Counted from the stretch's first letter, positions 1 to 14,819 are shown. The stretch is DNA of 64,000 nucleotides from Selaginella moellendorffii (GCF_000143415.4 NW_003314302.1:706736-770735); one strand, 5' to 3'. Translations and numbers: made by a program. Notes: generated by a model not told the origin, from the sequence alone.

Positions 1-2620
1 TTTGTGCTCTTGAGCAATTGCCTATGGATCTTCTGATAAAAGCACTCCCACTTTTGCCAGATAACTATATTCTCAGCATCCTCCTCGAAAGATGCTATCA
101 ATGAAATGTAAGAGCCAATAAAGATCCCAACTTCACCATACTAGAGAAACAAGGTGAACTAGGGGGAGAAGACAAAGGTAAGATGTCAACTTAAGAAAAA
201 TATATACCGTCATGTGGCGTGTGGTAGATATAAGTTCCTCTAAATCCTCTTTTCAAGCATCAAGATGAGTTTGAATGAAGTTACTCCCAGCAATTTTTGC
301 TGCAGCCATTTTGAGGAACTAAGAATAGAAGAGAATTAAGAGAAATATACCTCAAGAAGTTCCTTGGTTACAGGCATGTCTTCGACAATCATCATCATTG
401 TTAACTAATTCCTCCAGATGTGAATTTGCATGCTTTCGTCGAAGTAGAACTTCTTGTACGTTCTGGTTTTCTTGCTCCATTTTGTCCTAAGGAATTTCTT
501 GCAAGTTGTTCTCACCACCATCTTCACTCTCCTCATTATTAGCACCAATAGTGTTGACATTCTCATGGCCATCATCTTCATCATCTGGCACGTCTTCATT
601 GTTGCCTCTTGCAGCCTCTCGACAAGTTGGTGCATAATCTGGCATCTTCAATTCCCAAGGACAAACTTATTTTATTGCTGCTGAAAACTTCATTGTTGTC
701 AGTACATGCCTCCATCTCTCATACCATACCTCAGGAGTCATTTGCATACCGGTGTTTCAAGAGGAATGCCTCTATATTGGAGATACTTATAATATAATAT
801 AAACAAATTGAGTATAGTTGAGAAATTGTATGTTATTTAAAAGTTGCTTGCCCCATGAAGTAGGGTTGGCCAAGTTGTTTATCTAATGGAGTCATGCTTA
901 TGGCCTTCTTTGGCAGCTAGTCCTTTCCGAGTTTTGTAAGCTCAGTGGTGATGAAGTCTTTGAATGGAAGTTGTTCAAGATCATCCCTTATGAAAGGTGC
1001 CAGAAACATCTCCCCTTCATATATAGTTTGTGAAATATAAATAGTCCTCCTCATCACAGTCTCCATCATATTGTCCAAACCTTTTTCTGCTATTAAGGTC
1101 ATTTAGAATGTGTATCTGTTCCTCATATGTAAACTTTGACTTTGAGATGTTGTAAATAATCTCATCTAGAGTCTTGCTCACTAAGAAACAGCTTTTGTGA
1201 GTAACCTTCAAGTAAACGTAGATAATACTTACTTTCATAACAAGCAATCTTTATTATGATATCAAACCACTCTTTCTAGTGTCCTTACCACATCTTTACT
1301 TTTGTTTTCTTTGTGATGTTGATTTTCTTGTCAATTGTAGCTAAATGCTCTAAGAGTTTTTGATCATTTTCAGCTTGATGTGACTGTGCATATGCATCTT
1401 GCCTAACCTTCACCAATGGCTGAAGACAACACAAACATTCTATGACAAGAAGTATACTTGGAAGAACATACCTTACTCCATATGGGTGTCATAAAAGCCA
1501 TTGGATTCTTGTACCAACTATTGGCATCTTAACGACCTCGTTGATGCCGAATAAGTGATGCTAAATCATCACTATAGTGGCTGTGGACTGCATCCTCGTC
1601 GAGATTGGCAAGAAACCAGATCTGCTTGATCATATACTAGGCTTTGCTTCTGCACTGCAAACTGTCCCAACCTGCAAAATAAAAATTGTTAAAAGTGATT
1701 GAAGAAGGAGAGGTATTTACGCATAAATTTTGTGGCAAGCTATCACAAGCCTTGCCATATTTAGAGATCCTCTCACATGTACATGTCCTACTAAAACATT
1801 GATGTGATAGACAGGATTGTCTCGAAAGCATTCATTGATGCACTTCATCCACGCATACCAGCAATGATTCTTGTTGATAATGTAGAATATTTTCCCCACA
1901 AATTGTTGAGTCTCAGGATGGCTCATAAGCATATTGTCAAATTCGCGAGACAAAAACAGAGAACATACCTATGTTTGTCCCAAGGCCATTCTGTTTGTAC
2001 AAATTATAAATGTCCATGTTGACGAAGTGAGGTGAAGCAGACCAAACAATGGTTGTTTGAGTGAATCAACATAATGGGATTTCTCGGATTATATCTCCCA
2101 GGCCTTCCCACTTGAGAGACTCTAGAGTTGTGTGAATGGCCTTCTCTTTGGTTCTCAAAATTGTCTCTTGGAAGCGCTTGTCTATGACATGTTCAGGTAG
2201 CTTCACTTCTTTTTCAGCTTCAATTACACCTCCAGTAGCACCATTATTAGATCTAGCCCCCAACTCGGGCCCAACACCCCCGTCAGGTGCACCTAGGCAC
2301 TGCTCCATAATGTAATTAGTTTTTGCCATATTTTGCAAATATGTTAAGAATAGTGGCATTTGTGGTTGTGGCAGCAATAGCAATAAGGACAATGGTTGCA
2401 ATGGCACTGCTGGTGGTGATGATAGTGGTGGTGGTGGTGGTAATGGTGATGATGGCGGTGGTGGTAATGGTGATGATGATGGTGGTGATGACAGTGGTGG
2501 TAATGGTGGTGATGAAGGTAGTGGTGGCAATGGCAGTGAAGGTGATGGCAGCAGTAATGGTGGTGGTGGCAAAAATGGGGGTGAATGTAGACTGGAGCTA
2601 TCTAGTTGCAAAGATAGCAA
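1..2620 (-). pseudogene. Decayed multi-exon transposon accessory gene with a ParB-like motif and a possible MTase-like C-terminal part; runs off the window
   Basis: ORF fragments 2066-2620, 1717-1953 (GKIFYIINKNHCWYAWM, resembling the ParB-like F.i.DGNHR..AW motif), 917-1102, an acidic stretch at 480-600, and 'MIVEDMP' near 375-395. Stops and frameshifts are present. Oriented head-to-head with the MULE transposase remnant. Confidence 0.5.
2355..2575. repeat. (TGG/TGA)n degenerate trinucleotide microsatellite, Pro/Ser-rich on the minus strand
   Basis: ggtggtgatgatagtggtggtggtggtaatggtgat... seen directly. Confidence 0.9.
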
Positions 2621-2839
2621 TGTAGACGGTAGAGTTGTTGCTGTGGAAATTTTTATTTAAAGGTCAAATTGATTGTCATCTTGAATCTCATCTTCCTCAT
2701 GTCTTGTTCTTTTTGATTCAACATCCTTATCCTTTTGTAGTTGTTTTCATTTCTGAAAATAAGAAAAACTCATTATAAAATAAAAATGCATAAGAAATGA
2801 TTGCATGGTGGTCATCCATTGGTATGCTGGTGTATCAGC

Positions 2840-4050
2840 TATGGGAGGCAACGCCCAAGCCCACTTGATACCCGGGCTAACTCAGCCCACAGCCTAGACA
2901 AGTGCCCCAGCTGAGCCATACGGCTTGGTTCACTAGTGTACCGGCCCAACCCACACTGCCATTGCTGGTGTACCGACCCGCCCCATAGTGCCATGGCAGG
3001 CCCATGGGGAGTGCTCGGCCGAGTGCCGGGCCTAGGCACTTGGCACGGGCCAGGCCACGCAGGCTAGTTCACCAGCATACTAGCCTGCTGCACACTACCA
3101 TGGCCCACCCGTGCAGAGTGCCTAGCCTAGGCACTAGGTGTGGGCCAGGCCACACCAGCCAGTTCTCTGGCATACTGGCCTGCCCTGTGCTGCCATGGCC
3201 GGCCAGCGTGGATTGCCCGGCCTGGGCACTTGGCGTGGGCTAGGCCATGCGGGCCAGTTCGCCAGTGTATCAGCCCGCCCCACATTGCCATGGCCAGCCT
3301 GCACAAAGTGTCCGGTCGAGTGCTTGGCCAGGGGCACTTGGCCCAGGTGAGGCCACACAGGCCGGTTCACTAGTGTACCAGCCCACCCCACACTACTATG
3401 GCCAGCCCGCGTGGAGTGCCTGGTTGGGGCACTTGGTGCGGGCTAGGCCACGTGGGCCAGTTTGCTGGCGTACTAGCCCACCCCACACTGCCATGGCTGG
3501 CCCATGCAGAGTGCCTAGCTGAGTGCCCGGCCCGAGCACTCAGCATGGGCTAGGCCGTGTGGGCCTGTTCGCCAATGTACTGGCCCGCCCTGCACTGCCC
3601 GGCACCACACGTTGCTGGACTGGGCGCCGCATGTTGCAGTGTGGTGCACCACGCAATGACATGCAGCGTGCTGCACAGCAACACGTGGCATGCCATGCGA
3701 CATTGTGCGGTGGACCGCACGTCACTGTGCCGCATGCCGCACGTTATCGTGCCCAGCCAAGTGCTTGGGCCGGTTTGCTAGTGACTGGCCCAGCCCGCTG
3801 CGGTGTGCTGTGGCACGACAGTCGCAGGCATTGGGCATGGCAGTGCTGTGCACTGGGCATGGTGGCACTGGGCACTGGGCGTGGCGGCACTAGGCACTGG
3901 GCGCAGCAGCACTGGGCGCTAGGCATAGTGGCTGCACATGGTGCTGGGCACGGCAGTGCTGAGGGCTGGGGGCGGCAGTGCTGGGTGCTGCATTGTAGTG
4001 ACACTACGGCATGGTGGTGCAGCAGTTCTGGGTGTTGTGGTGCTTGGTGT
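2840..4050. repeat. GC-rich degenerate tandem array between the divergent genes of the MULE-like element
   Basis: Recurring ccacactgccatggcc / gtgcc..ggcac / gggccaggccac units; sharp GC contrast with the flanks. Confidence 0.8.
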
Positions 4051-4884
4051 TGAGGTGGAGTAACGAGGGAGTGGAAGAGAAAAAAAAACTTACTCTTGGT
4101 GGCATTTTGTTAGACGTCGATGGATCCCACAGTCACTCCCAATCTCCCTCTGTTCATTGTGGATGCAGTAAATCTCCATTACTTTCTGCAAATATTTGTT
4201 AGCAATGTACAATTTCTATTCCGTCCTAGATTTGATCACGTGATAAAGTCCTTTTGAATTATAATTTAATAATAGAGGTGTGCTCTAATATGACTATGCA
4301 ATAATGTCAAAATAATGTCACAGCCACATGTGTTGAATTGATCATAGTACAAAATTATAAATGAGAATTATGTGTTTCTTGCACATCATAGAATCTTGTT
4401 AGAAAATATAAGATTATTAAAATTGTAAAGTGTTATTTCCAAAGCAATGTGATAGATAGTTTACTATAGATGATAGATGGTAGTACAAAGATGGAATATA
4501 TTTAAATGAGTTTAGAAGAATGTGATGATTTCTAGCTTTAATGAAGTACTGAAAATATGTACAATATTTAATTTGTTTAGCAACAGTTGGTTGATAGTAG
4601 ATCCTAGAATAAAATCATTCCTATCTTTCACATTATGGTACATGCTTGAGGTGATATTTCTTTCCGTTCTACCAAAAGTTACTCTATATAATAACTTTGA
4701 GCATGTTTTTGAATTCAATATATACAGACTTTTAATATTGTACAACATAGTCCTTTATACTTTATATAGAATTTATTATAACAACATTATTCGATGTTAG
4801 ATCCTAGAATAAAATGGCATAACATATGTTTGAGGTGATATTTCTTTATAAAAGTTCAAACTTCCAAAACCTAAAGGCAACAAA

Positions 4885-7800
4885 ATGAAGAGCTTCCTTT
4901 TGCATTATGAAGATCACCCACCACTTTCTTTCTCCCAAAGTCTTATTTCAGAAAGTTTTCTTTGCTGACATTTAGATCTTTCTTTTGGTTCTATTTCATT
5001 GGAGGTTGTGATTTGCAACAACATTGGTGTAGTTGAATGATTAAAGTTTCTTCTTTTGGGTGAAGGTGAACAACATTGGGATTTGCAACATTCCAAGTCT
5101 AAGGAGATTTGAGGTTTTGGATCTCCAATCAAAGTGTGAGATTCCGATCCTACCAAAGTGAATGTGAAGCAAAAATCAGTTGTCATCATTTCTTCCTCTT
5201 ATAGTTTTAATGGAGATGTTAGTCCAGTGTGAGCCAAGAATTTACAAACTTCAACTTCACCAATATTCAAAGTTGTTTGTAACGCTTTCCAGTTTTCCCA
5301 CCTCTCTATCAACGGGCATTCATTTTTACATAGGCCCATTAGCAAGCTCCCATTTACATACAATAGCAATATTTTCTTTGAACTACCACCTCTTGTCAGC
5401 TCAAAACAAAAGGGGATGGAGACCAAGTAGGACGTCCACAATTGGTGCAAGATCAAGATCACGATCACACATTTCCAGCATTTCGAAAGCATAGTATCCA
5501 TGGTTCATTGTGGTGGGTATTTGGATTGTGTGAATGAAGCATGCAATTGAGAGCGCAATAAAAACTCCATATTTTTTTAAGGATCTGCAATCAATCCTCT
5601 CATCTATGACACCATTGGTGTTGAATTCAAGTGTCAGTTTTGCAAGAATGCTCCATTGTGTCGTGCTATTTGTAGGGCCAAGATGTACTACTTTTTACCA
5701 TAGGATAGAAAGGTTGGTAGAGCTGCAGTACATATTGGCACACACACACACATCCAATGCAAAAAGGGATACAAAAGAGTTCAGTCAACTATTTCAAAAA
5801 TGTAGTGCAGATAGAGACTATGAGAAACTTATCTACAACTCCAAAACATGTTCAAAAGACAATGCTCAAGGATTTTATCGCAAGCATCTTACTCGATTTG
5901 GACTGCAAGAATACTCAACTGGATGAGGCTAGCTTGCGGGAGTTACTATGAGGCATGCAACCTACAACTAGCCTTAGAAGGTACAAAAATATTATTATAT
6001 TCTCTCTTATATTTTGTTTTATTTAGGATAAAGTCTTAGATGTGTGAATCTCGAGAGGGAAAACTCCAATAAAAAATTGACTCTATCCTTGAACTAAAAC
6101 AGACTTGTCCCTGCAAGTTTATCCATAGGAGTTTATTTCCAGATTAAGTCATTAGTGAGCAAGAGCGCCCCTTTGTCTTTAAAATGTCTACCATAGGCCC
6201 CACCTTTAGTATAGATGTTGTTTCCCGAATGGATATATTTGGGTTGAGTGACCTTGCTAATGCATGGGTACATTTTGACCATATGGAACGGGTAACAGGT
6301 TGGACAACCATGGGAGCTCATGTGTATGATCCGAGATAGTTATTTTTTCTTATTATCATAAAATAGTTTTAAGTATTGCCCTTTTCATAGGCTACATTGT
6401 AACTTGACAATTGCAATAGCAAAGTTTAAAGTACAAGACCAGATGGCTCAGAAAATATTTTGGAAGTCCCTCTCCAACATTGTATTGAAGCAGATTGATA
6501 AGCCTGTCAACTTTTGTGGTTTCATGGTAGATGGGGTTGGGGCTAATTGGAATGGCATCCGAGTAGTCTTTAGGAATGGGTGAAAGGACTTGTGAGTTCC
6601 ATTGGGCTCAAAGTCTAAACTAACACTACCACCTTATCAAGTTAGATTTCCAATTAATGTTTAAGAAGTTGTGCAAACAATGGTAAACTACACCTTCTGA
6701 AGAAGAGTATAAGGCAAAAGCAAACAAGATTTGAATGTGGTGGCATGAAGATGGCTATGCAGACGTAAATTGTCTATTACAACTTGAGTCGTGGTTAGGG
6801 TGGTAGGAAGGTAGGATGTTCCAATGGGGACATCACTCTTTTTAAGTTTGTTTTTTCTTTTTTTCTTCTCTTTTTATTACTTTTTAATATCATCTTTTTA
6901 TTAGGATCAACCACTTTAGGATCTTGCATACACCCCAACTGTGAATCTCTCAAAGAGTAAGCAGTGGAGCAACATTCCTTTGAGGCAGGGAAAAGGAATA
7001 TGAGTTTATATAAAGCATGTCTATCAGATTTGATATATGCTATAAAGAAGTCTTCAAAAGCCTTAGCATTTTAGGAAGGAAGATACATGGGAACAGGATC
7101 TTCAGTTGAGATGTTACACGCTCGGATGAAGAAGAAAGTGACTCCATCAACACGAACAGTGGCAACTGTAATGGAGGATGTGGTTCACGGCACATATGAA
7201 ATACACTCTCTAGGCTTCTATTAGTGACATGAAAATTGTTTGCTCAAAGCATCGTTTTTCCTTTGTTGGTGAAGAAGTTGGCATGGATCTTGGAGCAAGA
7301 AGCTCTCATAAGCTTGATATTGAGTACCATTCTACTCCAAGATATCGCTCCCAAACTGAGCCACCTCAAGTAGCTAATGAAGAAAGTGCATCACAACAGG
7401 TTGAAATTGCTTATTGTAGTATGGAGCCAAAGTAATGGCCAATCCATCGAGTGCTAGCAAAATCAAATGTAAAGTGTATGGGGATGCTTCCGAGGGGCAA
7501 GTGTTGGGCTTAGATCCATAGTGACAAGTTTGCTTTTGTTCCAACCCCATGTTTCTATGGGGAACGAAGGCAAGTAGGATTTTCAAGATGGTGTTGGCTA
7601 TATTGCTGCAACACTGATATCAACCATACAAAGTAGCTTGAAGACATTATAGTGACTAAATCTAATGCAATACCTAAAGAATGGCTAATTGCTAATGGGG
7701 TTGTGCTTACCTCAGATGAGATTGAAAACCTTGAGAACTCTAGTTTCAATCTTGAAAGGAGAGTTGGAACATGAATGATAAAACCAAGACTGTTCCCACA

Positions 7801-8110
7801 GAGATGTATAGGAGGCCAATAGAAAAAAGAAAGGCAATTAAACTTATTAGTATTGTCTCCAAGCAAAAGCAAGGTAAAATAAATTTAGCTTAAACACTTG
7901 AGTGTGAGATTCTCTTCATAAAGTACATCACTGCACTTGCAAAGGAGTACATAGTCAAAACAGAAGGTGGAGAGTACACAATTGTCATTCAAGACTTTCC
8001 TTCTTGCACATGTCCAAACTTTATGAAGCATGAGGAACATGGAAAGGCATATGCTCTTTGTAAACATATGTATTACATCTTTATTAACATCTTGCACCAG
8101 GATCCTAAAG
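4885..8110 (+). pseudogene. Degenerate Mutator-like (MULE) transposase
   Basis: Translation at ~6506-6620 gives VNFCGFMVDGVGANWNGIRVVF...ERTCEFHWAQSL (MULE catalytic D plus CxFH), followed by a W-rich helix. Many stops; element termini not found. Confidence 0.7.
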
Positions 8111-9574
8111 TGGATATTCATATACACTAAGCAAGCCTTACTATTGCTGAGTTGCAGAAAACTTTTGGAGCTAACTAGATTTTCCAACACTATCGATGTT
8201 TATTCTCTATCAATAATATAAACTTATTATACTTTATATAATTAATAAAAATATTTTATCATTTCAATTTTCATTTGATATACTTACAAATGTTCTTTTT
8301 GCAATACTACCCATAGTATTAGTGTGTCTCCATTTCTGTCTTTACCATCTCAAAAAATATTCCACAGTAGTCTTTCGGGTGTGTAATATTGCAATGTGTT
8401 GTGAGAGTATATATACTATCATACTAATCATCGCCATTTCACCAAAAGCTAAAAACCATATAGAGCTTTTTTTGAAAGTCACAGAATTGCAATTTTCTAA
8501 AGCAAATAGGAAAGCATTCTTTGTCACCCAATTTATAATGCCCTTTGTTATTGCATTTATCTCTAACTCATGATTATTACATTCACTATACTCTCTTTTT
8601 TTTTCTTGTATGGTTTGGTTATGTTGTGCAATGGGATAACTATTGCATCTTTTAGCCCTTGAACACTGGGAAGAAAGATTGCGAGACTTAAAATTATCAT
8701 CACTAGAACTTACAGACATTTGTGTGTATTTATCTTTCTTCGAATGAGAGTGCAAGTAAAGATCCATAAATTCTAGATAGTATGCTATAACAAATCCTTC
8801 AAAAATATATTCTAGAAAAGAACCAAATCTCTTTTATATATGCAACAAACTTATATTAATGGTTGTTTTTTTTTTTCCCTTCAAATGGTTATATAGCCTT
8901 ATATAGAATCTTACTTCAAATTTAATAGTTTTTAAATTCTGACAAACCTAACATTTACTAGCTAGAAAGCACAGAGTACAGATTTAAGAAAGTGACAAGA
9001 ATACTCTTTTTGCAAATATTTTATTTTATGTTCTAACAAATGTCTCTATCATTGCATATAGTAAATATTTAAATTATTAGAATAAGATGTGTCCTTTAGA
9101 ACATTTTTACTTATATAATATATAGAGAGTTATGAAATTATTAGGTTCACCATAACCTTAAAATTTTAAAGTTTATAATACAAATGAAAATTGAACTCAA
9201 CTCTTTAGCTCGTGAGCTCAAGTAGGGTCTACACTCATTCTAGACTTGTTATTTGGGATGCAATACTAGGATTATAAATGATAATGGAAACCTGCCCAAT
9301 GATGGCTCATGGCTACAGTGATGCACAAGGCTCGAGTCATGCTCCATAAGGAGCTTGTCGAAAACACTCAGATTGTGCAAGGCTTAGACCTCCCAAAGAT
9401 TGACTCTAGATTGTCCTCCAGGAATCTATCCTCCGGAAGCATTACTCATGCCGCACAAGCCAAGCAAGCAATGTTGGCAGCTTTCAAGTCAAAGGCTAAA
9501 ACTTTGAGCTCCTGTCAAGGGATTGTGATCAATCTTATTGGTAGGACGTATGGAAGAGGTTTACTGCAGTGCTA

Positions 9575-10241
9575 TGTAGCTCAAGACATGGCTAGTCCAA
9601 AGCAATCTCTCTCTCCTTGATAAGAGAGCCCTTAGTGGCTATTTTATCCTCATTTATCCCCCAAGGTTCCAAGGATCCATGGTGATAGTATATCCAAATC
9701 TCATCCCATGATCACATGGGCTACACTCACCCCCACTTAAGAGATGTTAATGTCTTCATTGACTATTGACTAACAACCCCTACTGAGCCAAGGGGAACCA
9801 AAACCTCCATTTCCACACTAAATCTACCAATATTTCCATTGTGTAAACCAGTACACCAGCTATTCCATGTGAGGCAACTAGTCATCCACCTGTACCGCAG
9901 TCCCACAGTGGATACCTTTGTTCGTGGATACTCCACACAAGGAAGGATGTACGCATGGATGCCCAATACGTGCAATTTTAAATTTAGGGGTAGGAATATA
10001 CTTTTTTCAAGGGTATATTATATTTTTAAGTAGCCACTAATCAATGGGAATCGAACCCGTGCCATTTGCTTTAATACCAACTGTAGCACACTTTATCTCT
10101 TTCCCTTTAAGCCAACTGGAAAAGGCAATTGCTTGATGAGAGAGCCCTTAATGGCTATTTTATCCTCATTTATCCCCCAAGGTTCCAAGGATCCACAGTG
10201 ACAATATATCCAAATCTCATCCCATGATCACATGCGCTACA
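9575..10241 (-). mobile_element. Small TRIM-like LTR element with ~160-bp LTRs
   Basis: LTR 10082-10241 (tgtagc...gctaca) and a partial copy ~9617-9725. Met-type PBS (gctttaataccaac on +) and PPT (ctcacccccac on +). No matching TSD. Confidence 0.7.
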
Positions 10242-10974
10242 GTCAACCCAACTAAATTAAAATAATATACTCGGCTTTGATTTCTATGACTATTGGTTCT
10301 CTTCTTTGCTTTACTCTTTATTGTTTCTAACATGGAGGCTCTGTTGCACAAGAGTGAGTGGCACAAGCTCTTTTGGATTGTGGACAGTTTTGAGAGTTAC
10401 ATCTCAAATCAGCACAACACCTGCCTGGGATGGCTACCATGCAAGAGCTGTGCCGATCAACCATAATCATAAGCAATGGTTTTATAGGTGTCATTTCTTT
10501 CAATCCCTCCTTACTCTTCTCTCAAGCAAGCTCCTGCCTGATACAAGATGTTGTGTATAGTATCCCGAGTTCATTAGAAAGATTTGAGAGAGACATTTCT
10601 CTAACCACTTGACTTGCACCAGTGTTTCAATCGACTTCTTTTGGATATTTCCTGGCTGCTAGAACATCTCAAGGCTTGGATACCATTGGAACTATACATT
10701 AGTGTTCCAAAAGCAAGAATCAAATTGATCATCCTCAACCTTAGAGGGCCAAAGGAAGTAAGAGCTAGACTAAGGGACATTACAATGTTCAGTATAGTAG
10801 ATGTATATATATGTGTATGTGAGGTCCAAAGTGTATGGCTAGGATGCTGTATATTAGGGATTTTGATATACATTAGATTAAACTAAGGTATTTGGGCTAA
10901 TTGAATACATACACTCATATTGGTGGGGATGACAATGTAAAGTCAAGGGATGCCATATACTAATAATAGCATTG

Positions 10975-11660
10975 TGGGATTTTGATAGCCATCATATTGG
11001 TTTCAATCTACACCATTTGTTCTTGTATATAAACTAGGGTTTTTGGGCTAATTGAATATATATATTTCTATTTACACACATAAATATAGATAGATAGATA
11101 GATAGATAGATAAATAAATATATAGATAAGGAAGTCTCACACTAATCTTTACCACTTTATCATATATCTTAAATACTATTTTGAGTTATAAACATATATA
11201 TGTATGAAGTGCTTAAGAAATGAATATAATGATAGTATAGCAAAAGTTTAACATATCATAAGATTAGTATTAATTTATCTAACAAATAAAAATTAGTGAA
11301 TTGTAAGTGATAAATAGGTATAATTGTAAGAAGCCTAAGTCTTACCTTATCTATTCTTAAACCATGATATGGACTATGAAAATCATAAAAAAAGGTATAA
11401 AAGATAATAATAAATTTATAATATTTACTGAGAATATAAATAATAATTAAAAATAAAATATTATCACAATATAATAATAATAGTTAATTATAACTTGATA
11501 TTTTGTAATTATTAATTTATTAAATCTAGAGCATTACCATCATTTAAATTCAATTCTAGTGCATAGAATATGGAGACATATCCATTTTCAATTAGCCCAA
11601 AAACCCTAACTTAGCAAGAGGTTTGAATTGAAACTAATCCAATAGCTGTTAAAATCCCAT
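10975..11660. repeat. AT-rich element with degenerate inverted ends (MITE-like), containing a (GATA)n tract
   Basis: tagggtttttgggctaattgaa (~11036-11057) versus ttcaattagcccaaaaacccta (~11587-11608). Confidence 0.45.
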
Positions 11661-11847
11661 AACCAAAGGGAATGACTCAAAAGATGATTTATAAATGTTT
11701 AAATATAGAAAGAAAAGGCCAATGAATAAAAGTGCACCCCTTTATCCAATTGGTTAAGGGTCTTGGGATATTTGGGGTTAAACATCCTTGAGTTTAAATA
11801 GTACTAAGCTATGTGACCTCTCAAGAAGTCCAAACTCAAAAACTTAC
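11660..11847 (+). mobile_element. Decayed Cassandra-type solo LTR (5S-derived)
   Basis: Aligns by eye to the 194-bp LTR at 55969-56162, including gtgcacccc and tagtact...gtgacctc...aagtcc. Confidence 0.7.
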
Positions 11848-12765
11848 ACCACTATACTAATATTAATATATGGCATTATAAATGTATACTTAGACTTCAC
11901 ATTGCTATAACATCTACTATGGTCCCTTTTGCTAAGTAAAGACAAATCATATACCATAAAATTAAAAAAATAAATTAATACAAGGTCATATGAACTTAGC
12001 ACTAAATGCAGTTATGTATATAATGGATAACATTACGTTGCATATTCGGCAAATAAAAAAACTTACACAGCTTCTCAATCATATAACAATATCTTATATA
12101 CCCCCCTAAAATAGAAGAGTCATAATACACATAGAGAAAGCATGGAATAAATATCAAAGGCACCACCAAGTATAATAATCATTAGGATCAATCCCCACAA
12201 TATGAAGAAGATTGTTTTTAAGATGATATTGAGAATATAAATGTTGAAACGACAAATTATTAGCAAGTGATGCAAGATTCTCAAACTTATCATAAAGCCT
12301 TTGGATTCATGGCTCAACCTTTTTAGGTTTATGAACTTTGAAGATAAATTTATTTTTTGCACCTTGTAAACATTACAACAACCACCAATAGCATAAAAAG
12401 AAAATCCATTGATACTAGAATAATAAATTCGTCGAAAGCAAGAGAAGAGAGCAAAAAAGGGGAAAAGAGTTTGAGAAAGGGTGTTAAAGTTCTCCAAACA
12501 ATGAACAACTTCGAAATTATATAACTAAACCTTCAAAGCCTACTGAGTAGTATAATTGACCAATTTCTTCCGCTTTAATAACAAAATAACTGTAGCATGA
12601 TCACCTTTTAGTAATGTCTAAGAACTATGCAAATATGCATAAAGCTTTTTGAAAGCCCAAACTACTGTTAAACACTTTTTTTTCTATTGTAGAGTGATTG
12701 ACTTTTGTTGGTTGTAATATACGGTTAATGTATGCAATGGGATGACACTAACTAGGCACACACAT

Positions 12766-14480
12766 TGTAGCAATTAAAAATGGACCATGGATAGAAATGA
12801 CTCTTAGATAGGATGACAATCTAGGAATCTAACCTCAAGCCTTAAATCAAGTATGAACACCCTATGCATATAAAGCATTGGCCCTCTCTCAATCCCTACC
12901 TCCACTCTCTTTGTCCATCATGCCCAATGCTGGCCAAGAACCCTCCACTTCCCCTTGCTATGTCATCCCCCTCCCATTTAACCTAACTGGTCAAGTCCCA
13001 AAGTACAGGGGCCACCATAACCCACTACATCTATAGCAATTACTCCCCCCTTTAAAATTGTGTGACCTCACACAAAAGGTTGATTTAAATTACTTTAGCC
13101 TCCATCTCATCTTAGTAAAAACTATATGAATTATCCTTTTTAGCATCAATATCTACACACACAGAGTGTCATGCACACTAAGTATATGTCTCACCATAAC
13201 ATGACAATACGACTCTACATAGCCATTTATCTATTTAGGACCAAGCTCACAATCTCCAAAGATTTGACACATAAACCTTTTGGCTAATAACATTTGTCAT
13301 GTCGACCCAACTTTCTTAATTCTCAACTTACAATCTCAAACAATTTGTAAGTGTCATATCACAAGCTCTTTAGCCATGAATTTATCATGCTAGCCAACTC
13401 TTTCAATTTTCAGCTCACAATCTCAAAAAATCTGTGAGTGCTACACTATAAGCTCTTTAGCTATGAATTTATCATGCTAACCTATCTTACACAATTCTCA
13501 ACTCACAATCTCAAAAGATCTATAAGCATCATAGTACAAGCCTTCCAAGCTTTAAATTTCTTAGCTCACTAACTCAGAGCAATCTATCACCTCATCAAGA
13601 GGAAGATAAATGGTTAGTATGAGAAGTAGACCTTTATCATCTTGATTACTTTGATCACTTTATAATGATTGTTATATATCATTCTTGGAATGATGTTTTC
13701 AAATGTAAAAATGAACATGCTAATGACTGTGACAATGCCTTTTAACAATTAAGATATTACACTTTGCCTAGGAAGCATTGTATATCATTTATACACTTCA
13801 AAGTAGGAAATTTCAAAATAGCCACAAGTTGTGTCTTTGGACCTAAACATACATTTTAATTTTAGTTTTAAACCAACTTCTTGCAATTGATCTAACACCT
13901 TATAAACATTATGAACATTCTCTTATATCCCCTTTGAGTAGATCAAAACATCATTAATAAAGTTAGTAGTCACTTTTAGCATATCGTAAAAAACTTTATC
14001 CATTATTTGTTGAAAACTCATTGGAATATTTTTCAAACCAAATAACATCACTTTATACAAACTAAATGGTGTATAAAAAGTAGTCTTAAGAACATCTTCC
14101 TTGACATTTACTAATACGTAAAAATAATATTTAATTAATGAATCAATGATTTCTCCCTAAATGATCCAGAAGATCAGTAGTGTGAGGGAGAGGGTACACA
14201 TTTGGGATAGTCACTTTGTTTAATGAATGATAGTTAATGTAGAATTAAATACTCCTATTAGGCTTCGTTACAATATAAAATTCATATATTTAAGGACTTT
14301 TAGATAACACTCTTCAATATCTCTTTGATATTTGCATGTAAAATCTTGATCTCCTTTGGTAACTAATGCTGAACAAGAATCTTGAATGAGCATCCTTAGT
14401 TGGAAATAGGATAATCTATTGCAATATTAGCCCCAAACGATAAGTTAAATTTGAAAAGATCAATATACTTCTTGAACCAG
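12766..14480 (-). mobile_element. Old gypsy remnant: ~260-bp LTR, PPT, ~80-bp tandem repeats and decayed RT
   Basis: LTR-like 12766-13029 (tgtagc...ctaca), with a rearranged copy at ~18410-18860. RT remnant KTTFYTPFSLY..FGLKN near 14000-14100. Confidence 0.55.
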
Positions 14481-14819
14481 TCCACCACTATAATATAAAG
14501 ACTATTAGAAGGATATAAAAAGGAAATAAAAGAGCAAAACAAAAACACAATAAGGAAATAAAGGGATAAAATAAAATAAAAATGAGAGGAATGGAAGAAA
14601 GATGAATAAATATGAAATAAAGGAGAACAACCTTAAAGTCATGCTTAACATGATTATGTTATAATCAATTTATACCAAGGATGAGGTCAAAATCTTGACT
14701 TAGCACCACCCATTCTGATTGAAGCTCAAGTTCAAGATTACCCATATCCAGAACTAAATTTGCCTCATCTTGTGCATATGCATGTGTATGGCCATTGCTA
14801 TAAAAAATGAAGACTAAAT

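Noticed and set aside
2839-4053. Many overlapping ORFs
   Set aside because: Stop-poor GC-rich repeat array with no protein motifs.
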